From a virus (taxonomy: Duplodnaviria; Heunggongvirae; Uroviricota; Caudoviricetes), in IMG/VR virus record IMGVR_UViG_3300042569_001383, positions 24,125-88,124 of that record: a DNA stretch of 64,000 nucleotides; one strand, written 5' to 3'. Both the position numbers and the translations under genes were made by a program. Shown here piece after piece: positions 1 through 10,052 of this stretch (position 1 is the stretch's first letter; every line of letters begins with the position of its first letter). Below the pieces are notes generated by a model that saw only the letters and a list, made by a program, of their open reading frames with translations, was not told the origin of the DNA and searched no databases.

Positions 1-983
1 CAATTTCCTGTATATAAAACTGGTACATGTGGCAATGATAAATCTTCAGCAATCCAAATCGTATCGCTACATGGTTGGTATTCATTGTCTGCAGTTACAT
101 CAAATAATGCAAATTCTAAATCCGTTAAACCATAGTCATAGTTCTTTTGGATTCCTGCACCATAGATTTCACCATACACCACAAAGCCATTGCCAATTGC
201 ATCTTTGCCAAATCGTTTCACTAAACTCCACAATTTGGATTTGATATCATATTGTTCAGCAACCGTTCTCCATACGTCGGTTGAGTAGAATCCTTGTGAG
301 TCAGATCCTTTTTCAACATTGTGCGAACCATATACATATTCATATTCCAACCATTCCCAGCCTGGCAATGACAATAAAGGAACATTGCGTTGCAACCAAA
401 TACGCGTTTTATCAAACAAAGACAACGATGTTTTCTTTACGATTCCATAACGGGCATTGGTACCATGCAATTTACGGGTAATTTGCACTATATCCGTTTC
501 GCTAAACATTCCTTTAACATTTTTCAAGTTAGGGAATTTGTAGTATACATGGAAGTTAGAGTTTGCACGGTATCGAATTTTCTTGCCAGAAGACAATTGA
601 ACTTGTGTAACTGGAGGTTCGTATTTGTATACTCCTAAAATCTCCATCATGTCATCGCCGTCCTTAACATTGTTTGCCAATGACTTAGGTTCTAGGTACT
701 TGAATGGGATAAGTAAACATTCAGAATACACTCCTCGCAATTTAACGGTTCTAACTCGTTGTCCTTTACGAAGATAACTAGTCACTTGCATCAAGTCTGA
801 CAATGCATCAGGAATTACCGCATCTGTTGTAGCAACCACAACTTTGTCGCCTACGACATATTCGCCTTTCTTTGTGATAGCATTCCATCCTCCAACAACT
901 GCTAATTCAATGTTGTCAGCGCCATTAATGGCTTTTACTTCAGTTACGCTTCCTACGTAACATACACTGTTTTGATTTTCCAT
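1..983 (-). CDS. RNA ligase, Rnl2/Rnl5-like. C-terminus lies beyond the window edge. Absent from the ORF track because no stop codon falls inside the window.
   Basis: Manual minus-strand translation from the ATG at 981-983 stays open to position 3. Motif I KLHGTN (T4 Rnl2 has KIHGTN) sits about 170 residues in. The downstream segment VYGEIYGAGIQKNYDYG matches T4 Rnl2 VFGEFAGPGIQKNVDYG. An extra N-terminal domain of about 150 aa resembles the Rnl5-type architecture. Confidence 0.75.
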   Translation of the reverse strand, partial: MENQNSVCYVGSVTEVKAINGADNIELAVVGGWNAITKKGEYVVGDKVVVATTDAVIPDALSDLMQVTSYLRKGQRVRTVKLRGVYSECLLIPFKYLEPKSLANNVKDGDDMMEILGVYKYEPPVTQVQLSSGKKIRYRANSNFHVYYKFPNLKNVKGMFSETDIVQITRKLHGTNARYGIVKKTSLSLFDKTRIWLQRNVPLLSLPGWEWLEYEYVYGSHNVEKGSDSQGFYSTDVWRTVAEQYDIKSKLWSLVKRFGKDAIGNGFVVYGEIYGAGIQKNYDYGLTDLEFALFDVTADNEYQPCSDTIWIAEDLSLPHVPVLYTGN

Positions 984-998
984 TTCTTATTGTGTTAT

Positions 999-1736
999 TT
1001 ATTGTTCAAAAGTTGGTTTTAACCATAGTCCTCTACCGAATACCAAATCGAGAAATCCTGGTATATGATGCGTATCAACATCGTGTAACAATCTCAATGT
1101 TTCCGTAGTGTCATGTTTCATCATTTTGAAAATCTCTTCTCTAATTCTTTCTGCAGATACTGTGATTTTTAATTTTTCCAAGATATCTTGTTGTCTCATT
1201 GCTTTGAAAATATCTGGATGAATTTTAAATCCTTTGGTAATTGAAAATCTCAAAGCCCTAAGGATCCTTAATGGATCATCCATCATTGTAATTCTAGCAT
1301 CTAATGGAGTTCTTAACATTTTAGCATCTAAATCGTCTTTTCCGCCGAACAAGTCAATTAAATGTCCATCTTCGGATATTGCCATTGCGTTGAGAGTAAA
1401 GTCTCTTCTCATAAGATCATCCTCAATCGTTCCTAACTCCAATATTGGCTGTCTTGTTCCAGGTTTGTATCCAATTTCTTTTCTTGCAAGAACAAAGTCT
1501 GCAACAAGTCCTTCATTTGGATCTCCTTTTGGAAATTTGGCTCTAATTGTAAACATTTCTGGAGTAGATAGGAAGATTGTAAATTCTTTATGTTCCATGT
1601 ATTGTGTCATGATTTGGAATCCTTCTTCTACCGTTCTATCCAAATTGTCAAGTACAAACGTGAAATCAATATCTTTAGAATCAATTCCTAAGAATTGGTC
1701 TCTTACACAACCACCTACTTTGAATATCTTTGGCAT
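999..1736 (-). CDS. tRNA nucleotidyltransferase (CCA-adding enzyme), poly(A) polymerase head-domain family
   Basis: N-terminal GGCVRD motif (family consensus GGxVRD) and the RRDFTLNA motif typical of class II CCA enzymes. 245 aa, minimal head and neck. Confidence 0.7.
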   Translation of the reverse strand: MPKIFKVGGCVRDQFLGIDSKDIDFTFVLDNLDRTVEEGFQIMTQYMEHKEFTIFLSTPEMFTIRAKFPKGDPNEGLVADFVLARKEIGYKPGTRQPILELGTIEDDLMRRDFTLNAMAISEDGHLIDLFGGKDDLDAKMLRTPLDARITMMDDPLRILRALRFSITKGFKIHPDIFKAMRQQDILEKLKITVSAERIREEIFKMMKHDTTETLRLLHDVDTHHIPGFLDLVFGRGLWLKPTFEQ

Positions 1737-1798
1737 ACTTTTATTTTCTTATAATATAAGAAATTAAAGTTAAATTTCAAACCAAATACATGAATTTA

Positions 1799-2008
1799 TT
1801 AGCAACTTCCGTAACGGAATGACATAAATCCATTATTGTCGTCATCTGGAAAAAATCCTAATTTGTCAAGTCGTTCTATATCGTCTTCTGAAACTTCTCC
1901 TTCAATTCCACAAACATGAAGAACATCATGTTCGCAATAGGTTGGATATTTGTTAGCAGGATCCATGTACTTAGCTAATATTGTTAGCGCCTCAATTAAT
2001 TCATTCAT
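1799..2008 (-). CDS. hypothetical small protein
   Basis: 69 aa ORF with co-directional packing. No recognisable motif. Confidence 0.3.
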   Translation of the reverse strand: MNELIEALTILAKYMDPANKYPTYCEHDVLHVCGIEGEVSEDDIERLDKLGFFPDDDNNGFMSFRYGSC

Positions 2009-2018
2009 ATTTTTTGTT

Positions 2019-2426
2019 TTAAACTGTATGTTCTATTTGTACTCTTACACAATTTTGTGGCAATCGATTCAAATGCCTATAGTTATTAATGTAACCCATC
2101 ATGTTGCCACTTCCAACAGCATTTGCAGAATGCACTACAACTTCAACAACCGGTTTACCATCCAACCATTGATTGACTAACCATTTTGTGCAATCCATTC
2201 CAGTTTTCTCCGTAATGTTGTCGTAATTGATAGTGTAATTTTTAACGACGCCATAATGCCATTCGCGCATTGCAGAGTCACCTAAATCGTGATCCAATGA
2301 GATAAGCTCAATATTATCAAGTCCTATGCTATTGATTTTTTGCACGAACTCATCATAGTTTCGAACTACAACCCAATCTTTAGCAACTGGCGTTCTTACG
2401 TCGTCTAGGTATATTTTCTTTTTCAT
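2019..2426 (-). CDS. cyclic-phosphate processing receiver (cREC)-like domain protein
   Basis: N-terminal YLDDVR and SLDHDLG motifs recalled from the cREC family that accompanies polynucleotide kinases in RNA-repair loci. 4 bp overlap with the upstream kinase ORF. Confidence 0.45.
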   Translation of the reverse strand: MKKKIYLDDVRTPVAKDWVVVRNYDEFVQKINSIGLDNIELISLDHDLGDSAMREWHYGVVKNYTINYDNITEKTGMDCTKWLVNQWLDGKPVVEVVVHSANAVGSGNMMGYINNYRHLNRLPQNCVRVQIEHTV

Positions 2427-2809
2427 AATTTTATTTCAAAACGGTTACGCATTTGTTCTAATTTGTCTGTAGGTACATCGTGCACATTGACACCACCATG
2501 GCGATTTTCTACAATTAATGCCGTTACTCGATATCCATGAGTTTCAGCTAATTTGTAGTAGGCATCCATTTCCCATTCTTGAGTGAATGTGTTTGAGACT
2601 ACAATTCGTTCTTCATTTCGCATCATGGCTAAATAAACTAAATCTTGACACCAAGCGTGTGCTGATTTTAATTTTGAAACATGAAATACGTAGTTATTGT
2701 TTGAATCTAAGAAAAACATGTCGGCTTCATAGTGTTCTCCACCAAATAACTTAGCTACCGTTGATTTACCACTACCAGGTAAACCTCTTAATAAGATTAA
2801 TTCTTTCAT
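2423..2809 (-). CDS. polynucleotide 5'-kinase (P-loop), homolog of the T4 Pnkp kinase domain as a stand-alone protein
   Basis: Walker A LLRGLPGSGKST at the N-terminus. Architecture parallels the T4 Pnkp kinase domain (GCPGSGKST ... ISDTNL versus VSNTFT). Confidence 0.65.
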   Translation of the reverse strand: MKELILLRGLPGSGKSTVAKLFGGEHYEADMFFLDSNNNYVFHVSKLKSAHAWCQDLVYLAMMRNEERIVVSNTFTQEWEMDAYYKLAETHGYRVTALIVENRHGGVNVHDVPTDKLEQMRNRFEIKL

Positions 2810-2812
2810 AAC

Positions 2813-3262
2813 TTAAAAATTACCTGGAGCTACTTGGAAACAAGTTAAGCCGTTGTTTCTCCACATTTGTACTACTTTATCTCTGTCATCGAATACGCAG
2901 AATACTCTATCCGCGCCTAATTCATCTAACCATTGTTTCTTTAAAACGTCATCTGGTGTGAAGGATCCTTCAGGTCTCATCATCATTGCGTCTGGGTAAA
3001 TGCCGTGTTGAGCTAACCACTTTTCTGTTTCAACTCTACTGATTGAATCTCTTCCAGAGAAAATCACCATGTTGTATCCTTGCAATTGCAATGCACAGAA
3101 TGAAGCCATTACCGGTAGGTTTGGTTGGTCTAATGCAATGTTTTGTGGATCAAAGAATACTTTCCAATTGATTTTGCCGTCTGCTTTAGCAGCTAACGCT
3201 CTTCTTTCATCAATCAAAGCTAATGTACCATCCAAATCAAATATAACTGTGTCTTTTCTCAT
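2813..3262 (-). CDS. polynucleotide 3'-phosphatase (HAD/DxDGT family), homolog of the T4 Pnkp phosphatase domain as a stand-alone protein
   Basis: VIFDLDGTLA (T4 Pnkp VIFDVDGTLA), FSGRDS (T4 VSGRES), and the C-terminal DDRDKVVQMWRNNGLTCFQVAPGNF (T4 [25 protein letters not shown]). Confidence 0.8.
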   Translation of the reverse strand: MRKDTVIFDLDGTLALIDERRALAAKADGKINWKVFFDPQNIALDQPNLPVMASFCALQLQGYNMVIFSGRDSISRVETEKWLAQHGIYPDAMMMRPEGSFTPDDVLKKQWLDELGADRVFCVFDDRDKVVQMWRNNGLTCFQVAPGNF

Positions 3263-3274
3263 AACTTCGTTTTT

Positions 3275-3288
3275 TTATATTATATGAA
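3275..3288 (-). promoter_or_regulatory. motif A (gene-sense TTTCATATAATATAAAAAAA) upstream of the Pnkp-phosphatase gene
   Basis: Plus-strand tatattatatgaaa. One of seven or more near-identical copies 5-30 nt upstream of minus-strand start codons. Confidence 0.45.
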
Positions 3289-3289
3289 A

Positions 3290-3501
3290 TTAATCTAACG
3301 TTTCAAAGTCTACGTCTGGAATTGTTTCGCAAAAAAGAAAATGAGTTGGAGTTCTCAATACATGATCCGATCCAACCCAATCTCTAACTGCTTGTACATA
3401 ATCCATATTGGGGTGTTCGTTTTCTTCTTTGCAGAAATGTGATATCGTTTGCGTTCTTAAGATTTTATACGCAATCCCATTATGTATTTGTATTTGATTC
3501 A

Positions 3502-3502
<1 letters not shown>
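3290..3502 (-). CDS. hypothetical protein
   Basis: 70 aa ORF immediately downstream of GroEL. Confidence 0.3.
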
Positions 3503-5133
<1,631 letters not shown>

Positions 5134-5154
5134 TTATAACTTTTATATAAATAT
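5134..5154 (-). promoter_or_regulatory. motif B (plus-strand TTATAACTTTTATATAAATAT) upstream of groEL
   Basis: 21-mer identical to the element at 29841-29861. Contains a T4 late-promoter-like TATAAATA box. Confidence 0.45.
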
Positions 5155-5163
5155 AATATGTTT

Positions 5164-7362
5164 TTAAATTGCCTTTTCCAAGAACTTTCGATTAACTGTT
5201 TTGGATACATCGGTCATGTTCATTGGATTGATAAATTGTGCATCTGGTCCGTACATTGTTCTAAACTTATATGCCGTCGAGTGTGATGCGCCGCCTACAT
5301 GTATGAAATATGAAATAATATCAATTCCTAATTGTCGGTATGACGTAATAACTGATTTTGTAAATTGAACTCCATTATAACCATGTGCACATCCATTAAT
5401 AGAAGTTGGCTCGCCGTCTGAATAATTAATGAATATACATTCATCGCCTTTTGCGTCAATTCGTATATCAGATTCAATGCTTTTAAATGCTAATCCTTCT
5501 GGCGTGCATCCGAATATTTCTAGATATTTAAACAAGTTTCTAATTTTACTCATTTTATCGTGTGCGGAATCATATGCATATAACGTTATACATTTTTCTT
5601 TTAAATTTGAAAATTGTGCAGTTCCACGTAATGATATTTGTACACGTATGCCGGTTGTCATGGATGCTGCTTGTGCAATTGCTACTGCTGATGTGATTGC
5701 ATTTTGAAATTTTGTTCCACTCATTGATCCAGATGCATCAATTGAAATATGAATAAAATAATTTTTGAATCGATCTGTCACAATTTTATGAAATACATCA
5801 ACGTTATTGTATCCTAACTGCGCTACTAAACGTCTATCAATTTTACCAGATTGCAACCTAGTTGTTTTAAGAGTCTTATCTGAGTTTCTTACTTGCAATT
5901 TGCTTCCTAATTGTTTACCTAAAATAACACCTTGTGTAACTGCAGCTTCATTTTCTCGTATGCGTTTTGCATTACTCCAACCACCTGTTTTGTAGTTTTG
6001 ATATCCATTTATAAATGAAGCAGAGTCTCTAACAAACAATTCCGGAAGCGAACAAATAATAGGAGCTGTTAATTTTTTAATAACAATTGCATCTATAGGA
6101 TCACTTTTACCAGGACCAGTATATACCGTACGACTCTCGGTACCAGATTCTTTCAAAGCACGAACCATTGCGTTTTGAGTTTTCGATAACCTTCCATTTT
6201 TTGGTGTTTTACCTAATATGAAAGTGCGTTGCTTTTCAATTGCATTGTTTAGTTTATCGGCATCGCGTTGAGACATTGGCTCTGGTTCATCTTCTTCTTC
6301 TTCGTCTTCTTCGTCTTCTTCGTCTTCAACAGCTTCTAATTCTTCCTCAACATCAAATTCTTCGTCATCATTTACATTCGTTTCTTCCGTATCGTCACTT
6401 TCATCCCCGTCCGATGTATTTTGTGGTTGGGGAGACTCATTGGAATCTGATTCCATATCGTCTGCAGGATCCGATAGAACAAACTCGTTGTTATTATCAT
6501 CTTTATCAGATGGTTGCATTTGTTTAGTTTCATCGCTTTTCGGTTTCGATTTCGGTTTTTCTTCACGATTATTTGCCGTTGCTACTGCAAGTTTAATTAT
6601 CTTGAATAATTCACATGATAATAACAAAGCATCATTCGTTGAATGCAAACGATTAATATGTTTTAAATCAATCAATGTCCATATCGTTTCCAATTGTTTC
6701 AGCGTTTTAAGCTGACGATTTGGATTGGTAAAATTAATAATATGAAACATGTAATCATCCCAAGTTTCCTTGTTCTTTTGCTTGGTAGTTAATGCTTTAT
6801 CAATGATTTTGTCATTGAAGTATCGATTATACATGGCCTCATAATATACTCTGTATCCAGGTGCATTTGTGTATACATGATAATCGATTCTTCTATCTTC
6901 AATCCAATTCAATAAACCTTTAATATTATTAAGTTCCGAAGTAGTTAACAAATCACCGCATCCATGTTCTCTAGCAATATCAGCCATTTTCGTATCTTGA
7001 AGTGTCGACGTTGCATACCCATACGAAGTTTTAAACAAACTAAAATCGGTTAATGCAATATGCGAGCCTTCATGTAATGCTAAACCAACAGCTGGATCGA
7101 AATGTTTATCTTCTAGCTTTGTTCCGATAACAACGCGGTCACCATCGGTATAACTAGAATCATTGCTTTGAAACACAACAGGAATTTGCTTGCCGGTAAC
7201 AATTGTAACGAAATTACCAATTGCTCTTTGTGCTGCAGCCAATTTTGTTAAATCTAATTCAGATCCATTCTTAAAATTGGTATCAAAATCATACCAAAAG
7301 CTAGATGCAGATTTACTGGAAAACTTTGTAACTGATATTGGTTTACTATTTTGATTTGCCAT
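5164..7362 (-). CDS. CobT-like von Willebrand factor A domain protein with a long acidic low-complexity insert
   Basis: vWA MIDAS motif ISIDASGSMSG. Extended D/E-rich tracts (EEDEEDEEEEDEPEP). Lies directly downstream of an AAA+ MoxR/CobS-like ATPase, as in phage cobS/cobT pairs. Confidence 0.6.
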   Translation of the reverse strand: MANQNSKPISVTKFSSKSASSFWYDFDTNFKNGSELDLTKLAAAQRAIGNFVTIVTGKQIPVVFQSNDSSYTDGDRVVIGTKLEDKHFDPAVGLALHEGSHIALTDFSLFKTSYGYATSTLQDTKMADIAREHGCGDLLTTSELNNIKGLLNWIEDRRIDYHVYTNAPGYRVYYEAMYNRYFNDKIIDKALTTKQKNKETWDDYMFHIINFTNPNRQLKTLKQLETIWTLIDLKHINRLHSTNDALLLSCELFKIIKLAVATANNREEKPKSKPKSDETKQMQPSDKDDNNNEFVLSDPADDMESDSNESPQPQNTSDGDESDDTEETNVNDDEEFDVEEELEAVEDEEDEEDEEEEDEPEPMSQRDADKLNNAIEKQRTFILGKTPKNGRLSKTQNAMVRALKESGTESRTVYTGPGKSDPIDAIVIKKLTAPIICSLPELFVRDSASFINGYQNYKTGGWSNAKRIRENEAAVTQGVILGKQLGSKLQVRNSDKTLKTTRLQSGKIDRRLVAQLGYNNVDVFHKIVTDRFKNYFIHISIDASGSMSGTKFQNAITSAVAIAQAASMTTGIRVQISLRGTAQFSNLKEKCITLYAYDSAHDKMSKIRNLFKYLEIFGCTPEGLAFKSIESDIRIDAKGDECIFINYSDGEPTSINGCAHGYNGVQFTKSVITSYRQLGIDIISYFIHVGGASHSTAYKFRTMYGPDAQFINPMNMTDVSKTVNRKFLEKAI
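6290..6345 (-). repeat. short in-frame GAA/GAC-type simple repeat encoding the poly-acidic tract of the CobT-like protein
   Basis: Plus-strand ttcttcttcttcgtcttcttcgtcttcttcgtcttc. Confidence 0.5.
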
Positions 7363-7374
7363 GATTATATTTTA

Positions 7375-7389
7375 TTATATTATATGAAA
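7375..7389 (-). promoter_or_regulatory. motif A upstream of the CobT-like gene
   Basis: Plus-strand tatattatatgaaaa. Confidence 0.45.
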
Positions 7390-7426
7390 ATATTTATACG
7401 ATTCCAAGCAAAGTGCCATTTCCTAT

Positions 7427-8590
7427 TCAAAAAGGCATATCTTCGACGTTGGGCTCATTTGTATTGAAAATATCTTTTATTTCAGTGGCAACATGTTTCT
7501 GAATAATCTGTTTCACATAGGTTCTTTCGGAGTCAGCACCACCAGATGCATCAAAGAAAGGCAATACGGAAACTTCCATTGATTCTGACAAGGTAAAATC
7601 ATCTGCCAATAACTCACATACTCGAACTGTCATACGAGTTGATATCATTGTACTCAACTTGCCTTCTTCAGATTTCCATTCTTTTCTGGTTGCATCTGCA
7701 ATGTCAGCTACCGCATGAATCAATTCCGGTGAAACTCGGTCTTTATACCGTTTTGTTAACAATGATTCTTCTTGAGACAAAGAAAGGATATCAACTTCAA
7801 TGATTTCAAAACGATCCATTAATGCACGGTCCAATACGCGAGTCGATGTATACTCAGTACCGATATTTGCAGTGGCAATGAATGAGACACCGGATGCTAC
7901 ACGAATAGTTGGAGAATTAACATCTTCATCCAATCTCAAATAGCGTTGACCTTCATCTAAAACAGTCATCAATATGTTCCATGCTTCCGGATGCGCTCTG
8001 GATAACTCATCTAACAATATCACAGCAGAATCCGTTTGAATTGCTCTTACGAATGCCGATTCGTCAAATGTAGTTTCGCCGTCTTGGAAATGCGTGTTAC
8101 CAATAAGAGTTGCCCTAGGATCTTGCGTAGCTCCTAAGTTGAAATAAAAGAATGGACGATCCGTTGCTACCGGCAATGCTTTTGCGGCTTGAGTCTTACC
8201 ACAACCTGCAGGGCCAACCATCATGATGTTTTTTCCGCGGACTGCTGAACGAACTAGATACTTCCATTTAATGTCAGACATTTCTAAGTCATTTGGCTTA
8301 ATCTTGTATGAATTCTTAATCAATTCCAAAACAGGATCCATTTCTCTTTCCTCTTGCACTTGCAATACGGGTTGTTTATATTGTATTTGACGACCTGTAT
8401 CGTCTGTTGCTGGTACTCGACGTGCTCGACCCGTTGTATGGTCAAATACCAAATTTTGATTGTTGGTGTATGCCGCATTTATCATAACTGGCCTAAATAA
8501 CTCAGAAATGTCTGCTCCTGTGTTAACATCAATTACGGTTAAATAACCTGGCGTTGAATCATCAATTCTTCCTGTTTGTATCGTATTCAT
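7427..8590 (-). CDS. CobS-like AAA+ ATPase (MoxR family)
   Basis: Walker A MMVGPAGCGKTQAAKA, Walker B ILLDE, 387 aa. Paired with the vWA protein. Confidence 0.7.
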   Translation of the reverse strand: MNTIQTGRIDDSTPGYLTVIDVNTGADISELFRPVMINAAYTNNQNLVFDHTTGRARRVPATDDTGRQIQYKQPVLQVQEEREMDPVLELIKNSYKIKPNDLEMSDIKWKYLVRSAVRGKNIMMVGPAGCGKTQAAKALPVATDRPFFYFNLGATQDPRATLIGNTHFQDGETTFDESAFVRAIQTDSAVILLDELSRAHPEAWNILMTVLDEGQRYLRLDEDVNSPTIRVASGVSFIATANIGTEYTSTRVLDRALMDRFEIIEVDILSLSQEESLLTKRYKDRVSPELIHAVADIADATRKEWKSEEGKLSTMISTRMTVRVCELLADDFTLSESMEVSVLPFFDASGGADSERTYVKQIIQKHVATEIKDIFNTNEPNVEDMPF

Positions 8591-8601
8591 ATATCTTTTT
8601 T

Positions 8602-8617
8602 TATATTATATGAAAAA
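8602..8617 (-). promoter_or_regulatory. motif A upstream of the CobS-like gene
   Basis: Plus-strand tatattatatgaaaaa. Confidence 0.45.
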
Positions 8618-8634
8618 TATATACAAATTCAAAG

Positions 8635-9903
8635 TTATCTTATGATTTTTTTTGCCGTTCCATCGTCATATACTTCAAGCAATAGCCCCGATTCGGTTGG
8701 CATAGCTTCTTTCCCCAGCAAGTTTAGTACTCGCACTACATGGCGTATTTTGTTGGTGTTATCAATTAATATTGGACCGTATACTTTGTAATTTCCATCC
8801 ACATCATGTTGAACCAATTGATAGTAATTTAAACTGGCATTTGGTGCCGATTCGGTTACATGATATATGTTTTTTGTGTTTGAATTTGTAGCTGACGGAT
8901 GCGTGGCAATTGTGTTCCATGTTTCGCCATTTTGACTAACTTGTACTTCGAAATGCGAACTATTCCATTCTGATGCAGTTGCCCAATCGAATGCATTGTA
9001 TGAATCATGTGCATATCCTTCAAAATACATTAATTCTACCGGTAATGCCAAAATTTGATTGATTGTTGCTTGATATCCGTTCCATGTTCCAATATTGGAT
9101 ACATCGCTAGTAAATCGAATAGTTATTGCACTATTTGATTGAGTTGTTACATAGGATAAATTAGTAGCAGTTCCCGTTAATGTTGCTAATAATGGAGCCG
9201 ATGTGTTGAAGCCATCATATACATATAAATAATCATAATCAGTTTCAATGTTTAAACTAGAAATATTTAATTCTAATTTTTTAGTTGGATCTGTTGGTGT
9301 AAATGTTATGGTTTGTGATAAGTTATTTCCATATGTTTCAGCATAACTACCTTGATCTATAATTGTTATGGATTCATTAACTGTTTGTGAACAATTGCCT
9401 AGCATCGGAAGCAATGTGTTTTGCACGGTGTTTGTTGAAGTCCAAGACATATCATCAATATATCGTTCTTGTGCACCCGATGCACGAGTATCTCTGACTC
9501 TAACATATACGTTGCTTAATGCAGATAAGTTAATTGTATATTGTTGATATGTAGCAGTAATGCTTGTTATGGTACCTCGACTCGTCCATGTAGTTCCGTT
9601 AGGCGAAGTTTCAATAACACAGCTCCACGCCGTTGTGTTTGTACTACGACGATACCAAAATGAAAAAACACCTGGAGATGCAATTATTGGAGTTCGAATC
9701 CAATCGCCTGATCCATTAAAACCTATAGCACGTCCACCAGTTCGAGTAGGCGTTGTTACCGTGATCACGGAGTTTATTGTCCAGGTTCCTCCTTGGGTTG
9801 TTACTGTTGTAGTTCCGAAGCTTTCGTATACTTGATATCGACTGCATTGTGTATGTACCAATGTACTAAATAATATTGCAATGATTGCAATGTACCATTT
9901 CAT
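8635..9903 (-). CDS. secreted Thr/Ser-rich protein with a T9SS (Por) C-terminal sorting domain
   Basis: N-terminal signal peptide MKWYIAIIAILFSTLVHTQ. C-terminal ~70 aa (VRVLNLLGKEAMPTESGLLLEVYDDGTAKKIIR) fits the type A T9SS CTD pattern. Confidence 0.55.
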   Translation of the reverse strand: MKWYIAIIAILFSTLVHTQCSRYQVYESFGTTTVTTQGGTWTINSVITVTTPTRTGGRAIGFNGSGDWIRTPIIASPGVFSFWYRRSTNTTAWSCVIETSPNGTTWTSRGTITSITATYQQYTINLSALSNVYVRVRDTRASGAQERYIDDMSWTSTNTVQNTLLPMLGNCSQTVNESITIIDQGSYAETYGNNLSQTITFTPTDPTKKLELNISSLNIETDYDYLYVYDGFNTSAPLLATLTGTATNLSYVTTQSNSAITIRFTSDVSNIGTWNGYQATINQILALPVELMYFEGYAHDSYNAFDWATASEWNSSHFEVQVSQNGETWNTIATHPSATNSNTKNIYHVTESAPNASLNYYQLVQHDVDGNYKVYGPILIDNTNKIRHVVRVLNLLGKEAMPTESGLLLEVYDDGTAKKIIR

Positions 9904-10016
9904 TGTAAGTCCTTATTTTTATGTTTGTTTTTGCGATTGTATGTTTTTTTGCTTTTTTGCACGATGGGTCTAGTTGCTGCCCAAATTTCTTGCATGGTAA
10001 CTTCTATCTTCTTCAT
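9900..10016 (-). CDS. possible small basic protein (38 aa), below the ORF-track cutoff
   Basis: ATG at 10014-10016 preceded by promoter-like motif A at 10021-10036. Stop overlaps the next start as ATGA at 9900-9903. Translation MKKIEVTMQEIWAATRPIVQKSKKTYNRKNKHKNKDLQ. Confidence 0.2.
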   Translation of the reverse strand: MKKIEVTMQEIWAATRPIVQKSKKTYNRKNKHKNKDLQ

Positions 10017-10052
10017 ACTTATAAATATATGAAATAGTTTTGTAATTTCCAA

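Noticed and set aside
29-638. Four plus-strand ORFs (29-244, 281-481, 390-638, and 221-415 on minus in another frame) at the left edge
   Set aside because: They lie antisense to or out of frame with a continuous roughly 327-codon minus-strand frame that has strong RNA ligase motifs. They are short, have no motifs and no promoter context.
1234-1767. 177 aa plus-strand ORF
   Set aside because: It lies entirely inside, and antisense to, the CCA-enzyme gene, which has clear catalytic motifs. Its composition is low-complexity Ser/Ile/Leu, typical of antisense ORFs in AT-rich DNA.
6290-6345. Tandem trinucleotide-like repeat, considered as a possible CRISPR or satellite element
   Set aside because: It is in-frame coding sequence for a D/E tract. 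It has no repeat-spacer periodicity and there are no cas genes.
6240-6715. Plus-strand ORFs 6240-6527 and 6440-6715, and minus 6372-6566
   Set aside because: They overlap the acidic-repeat region of the CobT-like gene. Repetitive codons create long alternative frames (Leu-Arg repeats), not genes.
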